Source of the DNA: a virus
Lineage: Duplodnaviria > Caudoviricetes
Virus record (IMG/VR): IMGVR_UViG_3300032231_000003
Coordinates: 1 to 59,922 of that record
DNA length: 59,922 nucleotides
Direction: 5' to 3' (one strand)
The position numbers and the translations under genes are program-made. A model generated the notes under the pieces. It worked only from the letters and a program-made list of their open reading frames with translations, made no database searches and had not been told where the DNA came from. Positions 37,235 to 46,314 of this stretch are shown piece by piece. Numbering within the stretch: the first letter of the stretch is position 1; every line of letters begins with the position of its first letter.

Positions 37235-38243
37235 GCATTTTATGGAAAAAATAAAAACCAGTAAATTACTTTTTTTGTTGAATTCAATAAGAAACAACAA
37301 AAGTGTTAATTTTGTTGTTTTTACAAAAAAAGAAATACAATCAATAAGCCATGATGGATGTTTTGTTATGTCCACACAAAACATTCTTAAAATAGAAGGA
37401 ATTTACCCTTCTGAGGAATTACACACTTTTCTACAAAAAACAAAAGAAGAGTTTTTGTATTATTCCACAGAAGAAGGAACATTAGTTTTTAAAGGAAGGA
37501 GGACAAAGACCAAACTTTATTCTCTGGAAGAAGGAACACAGCCTTTTTTAAGAAAAAAAGTTCTTTGGCACGACTTACCAGAAAATTTCAATGAAGCAGT
37601 TTCCCTTATGGGAAAAAACACAAAACAGAACCCAAACGAGGTTCTAAATTATTTTTCTATTTTTGGTAAAAATATCTTATTCTGTGATGGGATAAGAGCA
37701 AGCATAGCTAAACTTACGGAAGAAATTGCAGAAAAGATTCTTCTTCCAAAAGAAGCTATTCCACATCTCAAAAGAATGGAGCCTAATAAGTTTGGCATAG
37801 GTTCTAATTGGCTCCTTTTTAAAAAAAGAAAAAATATTCTCAGCATCAGAAAAACAAACATTACTTATCCAAGCAAAGAAGTGCTTGGCCTATTCAAAAT
37901 TATAAAAAAAACACAAATTTCTTTCCCGGAAGAAATAAAAGAAACGTTGGATGTTTCTAAAGTGTTTCTTTCTTCTCTGTTTGTGCAGGATTATGAAATC
38001 ACATGTCGTTTTAGAGAAAATGAATGCACCTTCATAGGAGAGGGCATAGCAGGAAGTCATACGGAAAAAGTGGTATGCTCCTACTCTGGCCCAACGCTAG
38101 AGTTAAAAATAAATCCTGATTTTTTATGGAACTTATTGAGTTATAAAAATAAAAAAATATATTTTACGAAAATAAATGATGAAGAAGGCAAACTTCTTTT
38201 TCTATCAAAAAACAGTAAACATCTTCTTTCAGTGAGTTTGTGA
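37221..38243 (+). CDS. Sliding clamp (DNA pol III beta-like)
   Basis: 340 aa with three-domain spacing; SHDG, CDGIRA, INPDFL motifs; adjacent to the polymerase. Confidence 0.62.
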   Translation: MTNNRHFMEKIKTSKLLFLLNSIRNNKSVNFVVFTKKEIQSISHDGCFVMSTQNILKIEGIYPSEELHTFLQKTKEEFLYYSTEEGTLVFKGRRTKTKLYSLEEGTQPFLRKKVLWHDLPENFNEAVSLMGKNTKQNPNEVLNYFSIFGKNILFCDGIRASIAKLTEEIAEKILLPKEAIPHLKRMEPNKFGIGSNWLLFKKRKNILSIRKTNITYPSKEVLGLFKIIKKTQISFPEEIKETLDVSKVFLSSLFVQDYEITCRFRENECTFIGEGIAGSHTEKVVCSYSGPTLELKINPDFLWNLLSYKNKKIYFTKINDEEGKLLFLSKNSKHLLSVSL

Positions 38244-40805
38244 ATGAAAGGTTTTTTTGAAAAAATAGGAGTTAAAGAAGAATTTAATAAAATGACCGCT
38301 TCCTCTAAAAAACAAATTGATTCCTGTGAGGTGTGTGGTCTTTATAAATCTTGTAATGTTTCCCAAACAGGCTTATATGGAAAAGGAAAAAAAGAAATCC
38401 TTTTTATAACTACTTTCCCAAAAGAAGAGTCTATTTATATACTGGAAGAAGCCTTAGAAGCCTTGGACATTGTTTTAAAAAAAGATTGTTGGGTTTGTCC
38501 CTCCATACAATGTCATCCAGAAAGGGAACCTTCTCTTAAAGAAGTAACTTGCTGTCAAAAAAGAATAAATAAAATAATAAAAAAAATAAAACCTAAAAAA
38601 ATAATTCCATTAGGAAAATACCCCATAAACAGTTTGCTCTTGAAGCGGATGAATAGAATAGGTGAGGAACATAAATGGGTGGGTTTTTCTATTCCTGATT
38701 ATAAATATAATTGTTGGGTTTTTCCGAACTATTCTTTAGAGACAATGTACAACTATGATCTTGACGAAACATATAGAAATGATAAAAATGTTTTACATAA
38801 ACTGTTCAGGGGCAGTTTAAAAAAAGCCATTAAATGGAAAAAACCACTACCAGAAAAAGAAGACATTGAGAAAAAAGTAACAATTTTAACAAAAAAGCAG
38901 GACGTTATTTCCTGCCTTAAGAGGATAAAAAAAGACGCAAAAGAAATTGCTTTTGATTATGAAACAACGGGGTTGAAACCTTATAAAAAAGGACATAAGA
39001 TTGTCTGCATGAGCATTGCCGTTTCTTCTCAAGAAGTGTTTTCTTTTCCTGTTTATAAAGACACTGTTTTTTTAAAACTTTTAAAGGAAGTATTAACAGA
39101 TAAAAGTATTAAAAAAATAGCACAAAATGTTAAGTTTGAAGATATCTGGACAAGAGTTATTCTGGGATATAAACCTAAAGGTTGGGTATGGGATACCATG
39201 GTCAATGCTCATATAATAGACAATCGTACAGGCATCACAGGCTTGAAGTTCCAAGCATACATTAGATATGGAATTCTTGGATATGACCAAGAAGTAGAAA
39301 GATATATAAAAGGCACTAAAGAAGGGGAAAATGAAAAAGATGGAAACAGGATTAATCTGATTGAAAATGCTCCGTTAAAAAAGCTCCTTCTTTATTGTGG
39401 ATTAGACAGTCTCTTGGAATTTCGTCTTTATGAAGACCAGAAAAAAGAAATAAAAAATCTAAATCATTCCTTTTTTCTTAAAGCAACCAAAGCTTTTTCT
39501 GATATTCAAAAAAATGGAATATATGTTGACAAAAAACATTATATAAAAGAAAAAATAAAAGTAAAAAAAGAAATAACAGCCTTAAAAACAAAAATAAGAA
39601 ACTCCGAAGAACTTAAAAAAATAGAAAAGTTTAAAAGAAAAAGAAGTAATTTAGAAATAAAAAATGTTGTTAGTGACGATCAACTAAGAACATACCTGTT
39701 CAAAATTTTAAAAAAAGAGTGTGTAGAAAGAACAGAAAAAGGACTTGAGGCAGTGAGTGAGCCTGTTTTGCACAGATATGAAAACATATCCTTTATTAAG
39801 AATATTCTACAAATAAGGAAATTGAATAAACTCAGATCTACCTACATAGAAAGTTTTTTGAGAGAAGAGGTTAAAGGAAAAATACACCCTTTCTTCGATT
39901 TGAATAGGGCTGTCTCTTTCCGATCCAACTCATCAAACCCAAACTTTCAAAATATTCCTGTAAGGGATGAAACAGCCGGAAGGATAGCAAGAAAAGGGAT
40001 TATAGCAAGACCAGGGGAAATACTTCTTGAGTCGGATTATTCAGGCTTAGAAGTGGTTATTGGTGCTTGTCATCATAAAGATAAGAATATGATTAAATAT
40101 CTACTTGACCCGAAGTCAGATATGCATAGGGACACAGCAAAAGATATTTTTCTGTGCGAACAAGATGAAATTAGTAAAATGTGTAGGTTTTACACAAAAA
40201 ACGGTTTCGTTTTCCCTCAGTTCTATGGATCGTATTACAAAGAGTGCGCAAAGAATATGTGGGAGACAATTACAAACGAACGAGTACAATTAGAGTCGGG
40301 TGTTTTTGTTCTGGAGCATTTCTTTGAAAAAGGAATCATTTGTTACGAAGATTTCGAAGAGCACTTAAAATCTGTTGAAGATATTTTATGGAATAAGCGG
40401 TTTTATGGATATAAAAAATGGAAAGAAGATTTTTATGAAGAATATTGTAAAAAAGGGTATTTTTACTTAAAAACAGGTTTTAAGTGTTCTGGTTTTATGA
40501 AAAAAAATCAAGTGGTGAATTACCCAATACAAGGAAGTGCTTTCCATTGCCTTCTTTGGAGTCTCGTAGAGGCAAATAAGATTTTTAAAAGAGATAAATG
40601 TTTAGGGGCAAGTATTGCTGCCCAAATACATGATTCTCTGTTTGTGAGAACAAAAGAAGAAAAACTAAAAGAAGTTGTGGGAACAATAAAAAGAGTTTCC
40701 TGTGTAGAGTTACCTAAAGCATTTGAATGGATAACACTTCCTTTAAATGTTGAAATTAAAGTGGGTAAAAATTGGCACGAAACCACTAAATTAGAAATTG
40801 ATTGA
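38244..40805 (+). CDS. polA: Family A DNA polymerase with N-terminal UDG-like domain and 3'-5' exonuclease
   Basis: CEVCGL..C, QCHP..CC (UDG4-like); FDYETTG, YCGLDS; SDYSGLE, RFYTK..FYG, QIHDS. Confidence 0.93.
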   Translation: MKGFFEKIGVKEEFNKMTASSKKQIDSCEVCGLYKSCNVSQTGLYGKGKKEILFITTFPKEESIYILEEALEALDIVLKKDCWVCPSIQCHPEREPSLKEVTCCQKRINKIIKKIKPKKIIPLGKYPINSLLLKRMNRIGEEHKWVGFSIPDYKYNCWVFPNYSLETMYNYDLDETYRNDKNVLHKLFRGSLKKAIKWKKPLPEKEDIEKKVTILTKKQDVISCLKRIKKDAKEIAFDYETTGLKPYKKGHKIVCMSIAVSSQEVFSFPVYKDTVFLKLLKEVLTDKSIKKIAQNVKFEDIWTRVILGYKPKGWVWDTMVNAHIIDNRTGITGLKFQAYIRYGILGYDQEVERYIKGTKEGENEKDGNRINLIENAPLKKLLLYCGLDSLLEFRLYEDQKKEIKNLNHSFFLKATKAFSDIQKNGIYVDKKHYIKEKIKVKKEITALKTKIRNSEELKKIEKFKRKRSNLEIKNVVSDDQLRTYLFKILKKECVERTEKGLEAVSEPVLHRYENISFIKNILQIRKLNKLRSTYIESFLREEVKGKIHPFFDLNRAVSFRSNSSNPNFQNIPVRDETAGRIARKGIIARPGEILLESDYSGLEVVIGACHHKDKNMIKYLLDPKSDMHRDTAKDIFLCEQDEISKMCRFYTKNGFVFPQFYGSYYKECAKNMWETITNERVQLESGVFVLEHFFEKGIICYEDFEEHLKSVEDILWNKRFYGYKKWKEDFYEEYCKKGYFYLKTGFKCSGFMKKNQVVNYPIQGSAFHCLLWSLVEANKIFKRDKCLGASIAAQIHDSLFVRTKEEKLKEVVGTIKRVSCVELPKAFEWITLPLNVEIKVGKNWHETTKLEID

Positions 40806-40897
40806 GTAAGGAGAAGTAAGGAGCGAGTATAGCCCCCTAGGGGATCTTATTTCGTGAGGATTTGTAATTTTACATATATCATAAAGGAGACACCGAA

Positions 40898-41131
40898 ATG
40901 ATAATTTACAAAGCGGTCAAGAAGAATAGGGAGACCCAGGATAATACAAAATGGGCGATAGAATACTTAAATAACAGCCTTACCAAAGGTGCTACATATG
41001 CTGGTGCTTCTTCTGCTGCTACTACGCCTACGGCCACTGCTGCGGCTGATGCTGTATTTGTTGTTGTTTATGAGGAATTATTAAACAACGCGGTGGGGCG
41101 TGTTACGCGCCCCATCGTAGGGAGAGACTAA
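40898..41131 (+). CDS. Internally deleted paralog of 41134..41883
   Basis: Shares the N-terminus (IYK.V....ET...TKW.I), the NN..TK + Ala tract and the LLN.A end. Confidence 0.65.
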   Translation: MIIYKAVKKNRETQDNTKWAIEYLNNSLTKGATYAGASSAATTPTATAAADAVFVVVYEELLNNAVGRVTRPIVGRD

Positions 41132-41133
41132 AA

Positions 41134-41883
41134 ATGATGCTTTATAAAGTAGTTGATGAGAAAATGGAGACTCGTAACCACACAAAATGGGAGATAGGGG
41201 TGATGCGTAAAAAACCCATTATAGACAACCCAAGGATTTGTTCAAAGGATGTGTTCCACGCATATGAACACCTCAACCTCGCCCTGGTTTTTATGCACGT
41301 CCATCTTAAAATTAAATCTCCGAAAATTCTTAAATGTGAAGGGGAGATAATAATTAAAAAGAGCAATAAGGTGGGCGTTTTTGAACTAACTCCCATAGAA
41401 GAGATACCACTACCAGAGTGGCACACAGGTAATGACAAAAGAAAAATACTAAGTCTATCTTCGATTTATTGGGCAACAGAGGTGTTGCCTATTTTCGAAA
41501 AACGTTATCCAGACGACAATGGACCAAGGATAGCGATAGAGTCAACGGTAAAGTGTGTAAATAACAACTTTACTAAAACTGCTGATGCTGATGCTGCTGC
41601 TGATGCTGCTGATGCTGCTTATGCTTATGCTGCTGAAGTTGCTGATGCTGATGCTGATGCTTATGCTGCTGATGCTGATGCTGCTTATGCTGCTTATGCT
41701 GCTTATGCTGCTGCTTATGCTGCTGCTGCTGCTTATGCTGCTGCTGCTGCTTATGCTTATGCTTATGCTAAGGCTGCTACTTATGCGGCCCTCGCGGATG
41801 ATAAAATTAACTTAAATAAACTGCTAAACCAAGCCATTGCAGTAGTAGCGGGTGGGGGAAAAATATCACCGAAGTTTAGATGA
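41134..41883 (+). CDS. Imm5-like domain protein with an Ala/Asp/Tyr repeat tract
   Basis: WATEVLPIFEKRYPDDNGPRIAIE followed by AAYA-type repeats. Confidence 0.7.
   Translation: MMLYKVVDEKMETRNHTKWEIGVMRKKPIIDNPRICSKDVFHAYEHLNLALVFMHVHLKIKSPKILKCEGEIIIKKSNKVGVFELTPIEEIPLPEWHTGNDKRKILSLSSIYWATEVLPIFEKRYPDDNGPRIAIESTVKCVNNNFTKTADADAAADAADAAYAYAAEVADADADAYAADADAAYAAYAAYAAAYAAAAAYAAAAAYAYAYAKAATYAALADDKINLNKLLNQAIAVVAGGGKISPKFR
41581..41785 (+). repeat. GCT/GAT/TAT trinucleotide microsatellite
   Basis: ~200 bp built almost entirely from GCT, GAT and TAT. Confidence 0.95.
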
Positions 41884-41896
41884 AGGAGTAATCAAA

Positions 41897-42850
41897 ATGA
41901 TAGATACAAGGCGTGTGGAGGATGACATGACCTCCATGATGTCACAAGGGCATCTAAGAGCTGTTCACGACCACGTATACACACGAATACCGTTACTGCA
42001 CTGGCTTGGGAAAAAGGGCAGAAAAACAGTAGTCTTTGATGGGGAGAAAAGGACTACTGAGACTTTGCCTGTAACTAAGTCTAGTGACTTAGTGTTGCCA
42101 GTATCACCTAGCGCTAAACCACACTTAATAGCTGAATTTCCACATAAGAGCGTGTGTGGCGCGATAACAGTTAACATTACAGAATATTTACAGTACCCGA
42201 CGTACTTAAAGATGCTCATTGACAATAAAGTCAATAAACTAAAAGTGGCTATGTGTAACACATTAGGTGCCATGCTCTTTGGTGACGGCACAGGTAACAA
42301 GGGTAAGGACATAATGGGTTTGGCCGGTATCGTGGCTGATGACCCAACAACTGGCAGTCTCGGAGGTATCGACAGGAGCACTAACCCTTGGTGGCGAAAT
42401 GAAACTTTGGAAGGCGGTAAATTAGGTGCACCCTTTGACACGTTACTACGAAAAATGACGAGGATGTACGATGCGTGCTCCGAAGGGAGCGACCACCCTG
42501 ATTTAATTATCTGTGACCAGGCTACCTATGAGGCCTATGAGGGTCTAACACCTACATATGGCCGCTTTGTTGATGCGGATATGGCAAGGGCAGGATTTGA
42601 GAACCTTAAATTCAAAGGAGCTGTCGTAGTCTTTGACCCTGCGTGTCCATCTGACGCAAATCACGGGAAAATGTACTTTTTGAACAGCAAATACCTCTCA
42701 TGGACCGTAGACACGGAAGCAAACTTTGCCATGACACTTTTTAAGTTATATGGTTTCACACATTTCGTGTCAAAGGTCTTACTTATAGGCAACCTGATAA
42801 CCTCAAATTGCGCTAAGCATGGCGTGATTTATGACATTGATTTAAAGTAG
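41897..42850 (+). CDS. Second major-capsid-family protein (HK97 fold, podovirus-type family), outside the head operon
   Basis: LFGDGTGN.GKDI.GL..IV...PTTG..GGIDRS...WWRN, PDLII.D, AGFENLKFKG..VVFD, MYFLNSKY, GNL..SN....G motif order; AAGGAG RBS. Confidence 0.8.
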   Translation: MIDTRRVEDDMTSMMSQGHLRAVHDHVYTRIPLLHWLGKKGRKTVVFDGEKRTTETLPVTKSSDLVLPVSPSAKPHLIAEFPHKSVCGAITVNITEYLQYPTYLKMLIDNKVNKLKVAMCNTLGAMLFGDGTGNKGKDIMGLAGIVADDPTTGSLGGIDRSTNPWWRNETLEGGKLGAPFDTLLRKMTRMYDACSEGSDHPDLIICDQATYEAYEGLTPTYGRFVDADMARAGFENLKFKGAVVVFDPACPSDANHGKMYFLNSKYLSWTVDTEANFAMTLFKLYGFTHFVSKVLLIGNLITSNCAKHGVIYDIDLK

Positions 42851-42870
42851 GTGCTTCTAAAGGAGACGAT

Positions 42871-43662
42871 ATGTTTAAAACGCCCCAAGTCTTAGACCTT
42901 TTCAGTGGCATAGGTGGGTTTTCTTTAGGTCTTGAAAGAGCCGGATTCAAAACAGTAGCCTTTTGCGAAATAGATAAGAAAGCCCGACAAGTTCTGAAGA
43001 AACATTGGCCGACAATCCCCATTTACCAAAACATCAAGGAGCTAACTTGTGAAAAACTTAAAAAAGATGGAATCACAAACATTGAAATCATCTGCGGAGG
43101 TTTTCCCTGCCAAGACATCTCCAATCTTGGCCAAGGAGCAGGCATCAAAGGAGAACGCTCAGGGTTATGGTCGGAAATGTGCCGAGTTATTAGCGAGATA
43201 CGACCGCAATTCGCAATCGTGGAAAATGTGGCGGCTTTGCGAAGACGGGGACTGTCAAGAGTTCTCGGAGACTTGGCCGAGATCGGGTACGACACAGAAT
43301 GGCACTGCATACCGGCTTCCGCCGTTGGTGCGCCTCATCAGAGGGATAGACTCTGGATTATTGCCTACCCCCACGGCAAGCTGCGGTTTCCACTTAACAT
43401 TTACCCAAGAGCAGATAAGAAAAGTGTACAAACGGTCATGTGGAAGAACTTTTTCTTTGTCCGTAGCGGAACTAATGATTTTAAATTTCGGCAAGAAGAT
43501 CAATCCTATCTTTGTGGAGGAAATAATGGGCTATCCGCAAGGATGGACAGACTTAAGCAGTTAGGTAACGCTGTCGTACCACAAATCCCTGAGTTAATTG
43601 GCAGGGCTGTTTTGGAGGCAAGCAAAAAACAGCTTAAAAAAGGAGTCTATAATAAAACATGA
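42871..43662 (+). CDS. DNA cytosine-5 methyltransferase, large (alpha) polypeptide
   Basis: Motifs I DLFSGIGG, IV GGFPCQ, VI ENV, VIII HQRDR, X LGNAVVPQ; motif IX not evident. Confidence 0.92.
   Translation: MFKTPQVLDLFSGIGGFSLGLERAGFKTVAFCEIDKKARQVLKKHWPTIPIYQNIKELTCEKLKKDGITNIEIICGGFPCQDISNLGQGAGIKGERSGLWSEMCRVISEIRPQFAIVENVAALRRRGLSRVLGDLAEIGYDTEWHCIPASAVGAPHQRDRLWIIAYPHGKLRFPLNIYPRADKKSVQTVMWKNFFFVRSGTNDFKFRQEDQSYLCGGNNGLSARMDRLKQLGNAVVPQIPELIGRAVLEASKKQLKKGVYNKT
43049..43564 (+). CDS. Overlapping +1-frame ORF, putative methyltransferase beta polypeptide
   Basis: 171 codons nested in the MTase gene; LLPTPTAS and motif IX-like INPIFVEEIMGYPQGWT. Confidence 0.72.
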   Translation: MKNLKKMESQTLKSSAEVFPAKTSPILAKEQASKENAQGYGRKCAELLARYDRNSQSWKMWRLCEDGDCQEFSETWPRSGTTQNGTAYRLPPLVRLIRGIDSGLLPTPTASCGFHLTFTQEQIRKVYKRSCGRTFSLSVAELMILNFGKKINPIFVEEIMGYPQGWTDLSS

Positions 43663-44609
43663 CACAAACAGAATTCAACAGTCTGCTACTGCTACCGCTG
43701 CATTATAAAGTAGCAATAGCACTAAGCAAAATAAGAGAGTGGTACGAACTGCATAACGGTATGGTATACGTGGCCTTTTCCGGCGGGAAGGATTCCACCG
43801 TTCTCCTACACCTTGTCCGTTCTCTGTATCCCGAAGTTCCGGCAGTATTCAGCGACACGGGCCTTGAGTTTCCAGAATTACGGAGTTTTGTTAGGGACAC
43901 GCCCAATGTGGTGCTCGTGAAACCGAAACTTTCATTCAGGGAGGTAATAGAACAGTATGGTTGACCTGTGCCTTCCAAGGACATAGCGAGAAAAGTACGG
44001 CAGTTGTCCAGAACGCAATCGGCATACCTTGCCTGCCGGACTTTCTACGGGAGGGACTGCAATCCTCAAGGAACCAAACGATGTAATGTTGAGTGCGCAG
44101 AACGAAATAAAACGACAACTTGCGCCAAGGATAATGCAAAGCTCCCTAACAAGTGGCGGTTCTTATTAGACGCTCCTTTTCCCATATCTGACGCATGCTG
44201 CGACAAGTTGAAGAAGTATCCAGGGAAGCAGTATCAAAAGGAAACAGGCAGGGTTCCATTTATAGGGATAAGAGCGGACGAGTCCTCTCTCAGAACAAAG
44301 TATTATAAGGAGCAGGGATGTAATTTTATGGGAAGAGAGCCGAAGTCCAAGCCGCTGTCACTGTGGCGGGAAGAGGATATATGGGCTTATATCCAACAGA
44401 GCAACCTTCCCTACGCAACCATATATGACAAGGGGTATAAGACCACAGGCTGCGTTTTCTGCGGCTTCGGAGCGTATCAGGAACAGAAGAAAACCGGCAC
44501 TAACCAATTTATTTTATTGAAGCAATCCCATCCTAAATTGTGGCGGTACTGCATAAAAAACTTAGGAATGAGTGAGGTATTGGACTACGTAGGGATAAAA
44601 TATAAATAA
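43659..44609 (+). CDS. PAPS-reductase/PP-loop family protein with an in-frame TGA at 43962-43964
   Basis: FSGGKDS and SDTGLEFPE before the stop; CCDKLKK, GIRADES, GCVFC after it in the same frame (EQYG*PVPSK). Confidence 0.85.
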
Positions 44610-44639
44610 ACGCATTACCTAAAACTAAAGGAGATTATT

Positions 44640-45338
44640 ATGTGCGCTTTTTTCTCGTTTTGTACTACCCCAGAGGGTGTTTACCTCTATTTCAATGCTA
44701 AAGAAAGAAAAGAATTAAAAAAACACAATTCTAATAACCACTCCTCTGACTCGCATACGTCGATAGCCCATAGATACGGGTATATCGGAGCGTATGAGGA
44801 CACACTAACGAAGTGGGAATACAACCCACTGACGAAGGAGCTAAAACTTGATACTAAAGGAGAGACCCCGCCATGTAAGAGGGATGTCTTAGCGTATTTA
44901 CACAAGTTGGATTTCCAGCAGATGGCACCTGAATTGATTATGAAGAAAATTATCAATCCTTTTGCGATAGCACCGCCTAAGGAAATAACACCAGAGATAA
45001 TAGCTCTCGTGCACGAGTGGGCTTCTGCGGCGGATTCTGTGTGGGATGTCTTGTGGGACACCTTGGATGCTTCTGTAGACGCTAATATATGGAGTACGGT
45101 GGTAAATGAGGTGTGGGCTGTGTCGTGGGGCGACATGGATGATTCCCTGATATATCCCATGAGGGCGTCCATGCTGGATTCTGTGAGAGGGTACACGACT
45201 TCTTTCTTCAAAATAGAATATGAAACGGATTTCTCGTCGATAATAAAGTTGTGGGAGATGGGGCTGGTTCCGTACAACGACGGCTCCCGCTGGTATCTGC
45301 ATAGCCAAAATGGGGTTGTGTGGGAAAAGAAAATATAA
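44640..45338 (+). CDS. Hypothetical protein with degenerate Trp-Ser-Val repeats
   Basis: MC.FFS..DSH start, WASAADSVWDVLWD tract, LWEMGLVP; RBS. Confidence 0.78.
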   Translation: MCAFFSFCTTPEGVYLYFNAKERKELKKHNSNNHSSDSHTSIAHRYGYIGAYEDTLTKWEYNPLTKELKLDTKGETPPCKRDVLAYLHKLDFQQMAPELIMKKIINPFAIAPPKEITPEIIALVHEWASAADSVWDVLWDTLDASVDANIWSTVVNEVWAVSWGDMDDSLIYPMRASMLDSVRGYTTSFFKIEYETDFSSIIKLWEMGLVPYNDGSRWYLHSQNGVVWEKKI

Positions 45339-45369
45339 GATATACAACTTTTTGGATAGAGGTTTTGTA

Positions 45370-45783
45370 ATGAAAAAGGAGTTCAGTTTGGGGGCTATAC
45401 TAACGTTAACATGCGGGTGTAACTTCTTAGGGCTGTATGACGACGAGAAAATAGAATGTTTTATCTTGGGAATAGGTGAGTACAAACACATGTTGAGTTA
45501 TTGTGAGCCAGGTTGTTTTGTAAAAAAGAAATTCTCTCAATTGGATATTTGTAAGAATAAACTCTTAAATGATTTATATCAGACGCTAATCTATAAAGCA
45601 ACCTCCCAGAGAGACAAAAGCAAAAACATATCGCTTGTAAAAAAGTTTATATATGACGTTGGAGAGGTGTATGGACATAAACACTTTGTAGGGCAAATGC
45701 CTCTGAGCAAAAGGAAAAGAGCCCGCATAAGGAAAACAGCTAATGGATGCGTAGCCATAGTGCTCGGCTATGTAGGAATATAG
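45370..45783 (+). CDS. Hypothetical protein
   Basis: ATG 45370 after a GAGG RBS. Confidence 0.65.
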   Translation: MKKEFSLGAILTLTCGCNFLGLYDDEKIECFILGIGEYKHMLSYCEPGCFVKKKFSQLDICKNKLLNDLYQTLIYKATSQRDKSKNISLVKKFIYDVGEVYGHKHFVGQMPLSKRKRARIRKTANGCVAIVLGYVGI

Positions 45784-45806
45784 TATGAATAAACACAAGG
45801 GGGAAT

Positions 45807-45941
45807 ATGATGATATTTGAATTTTTAAAAAGCATTCCGTTAGAAATGATGCTGTTTGCAGGGATGCTGGCAGCAGCCGTCACGTGGGTAACTGTGCTCC
45901 TTATAGTAATATGGTGGGACATTCGGGAGGATAAAAACTGA
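45807..45941 (+). CDS. Small single-pass membrane protein (44 aa, not in the track)
   Basis: AAGGGGG RBS; MMIFEFLKSIPLEMMLFAGMLAAAVTWVTVLLIVIWWDIREDKN. Confidence 0.6.
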   Translation: MMIFEFLKSIPLEMMLFAGMLAAAVTWVTVLLIVIWWDIREDKN

Positions 45942-46056
45942 GTAAACGACTCTCCCTTATAGGATTTTATTTTGGTGAGAGTGCCACAAGGAAACAGTTC
46001 CAATGATTTATTTGATTTTTCTGTCAAATGGAGCAAGAAATTGGAGAAAAAAGAAA

Positions 46057-46251
46057 ATGTGTCTTCATGTACCCCGATTCCGAACTAAAAAAACACTTTG
46101 TAATAAAAAATACATAAAACAAAAACCAACAAAGAATTCTGTGTTGTGCTTAAAGTGTGTGGTTATACATGCTATGTTAGATAAAAATTTTATGGAGGTT
46201 TTTGATGATTTTTATTCAAAAACTAACACAAGATTGACATTTCGTCATTAA
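46057..46251 (+). CDS. Small hypothetical protein, possible Zn finger
   Basis: H..C..CLKC spacing; GGAG upstream. Confidence 0.4.
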   Translation: MCLHVPRFRTKKTLCNKKYIKQKPTKNSVLCLKCVVIHAMLDKNFMEVFDDFYSKTNTRLTFRH

Positions 46252-46314
46252 ATTAGTGAGTGTTTTAAATAGATTTCTTGCAACAACTCTTTAGAAAATA
46301 AAGGAAAAACAAAG

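Noticed and set aside
41585-41815. Met/Leu-only 76-aa ORF
   Set aside because: Alternative-frame reading of the GCT/GAT microsatellite
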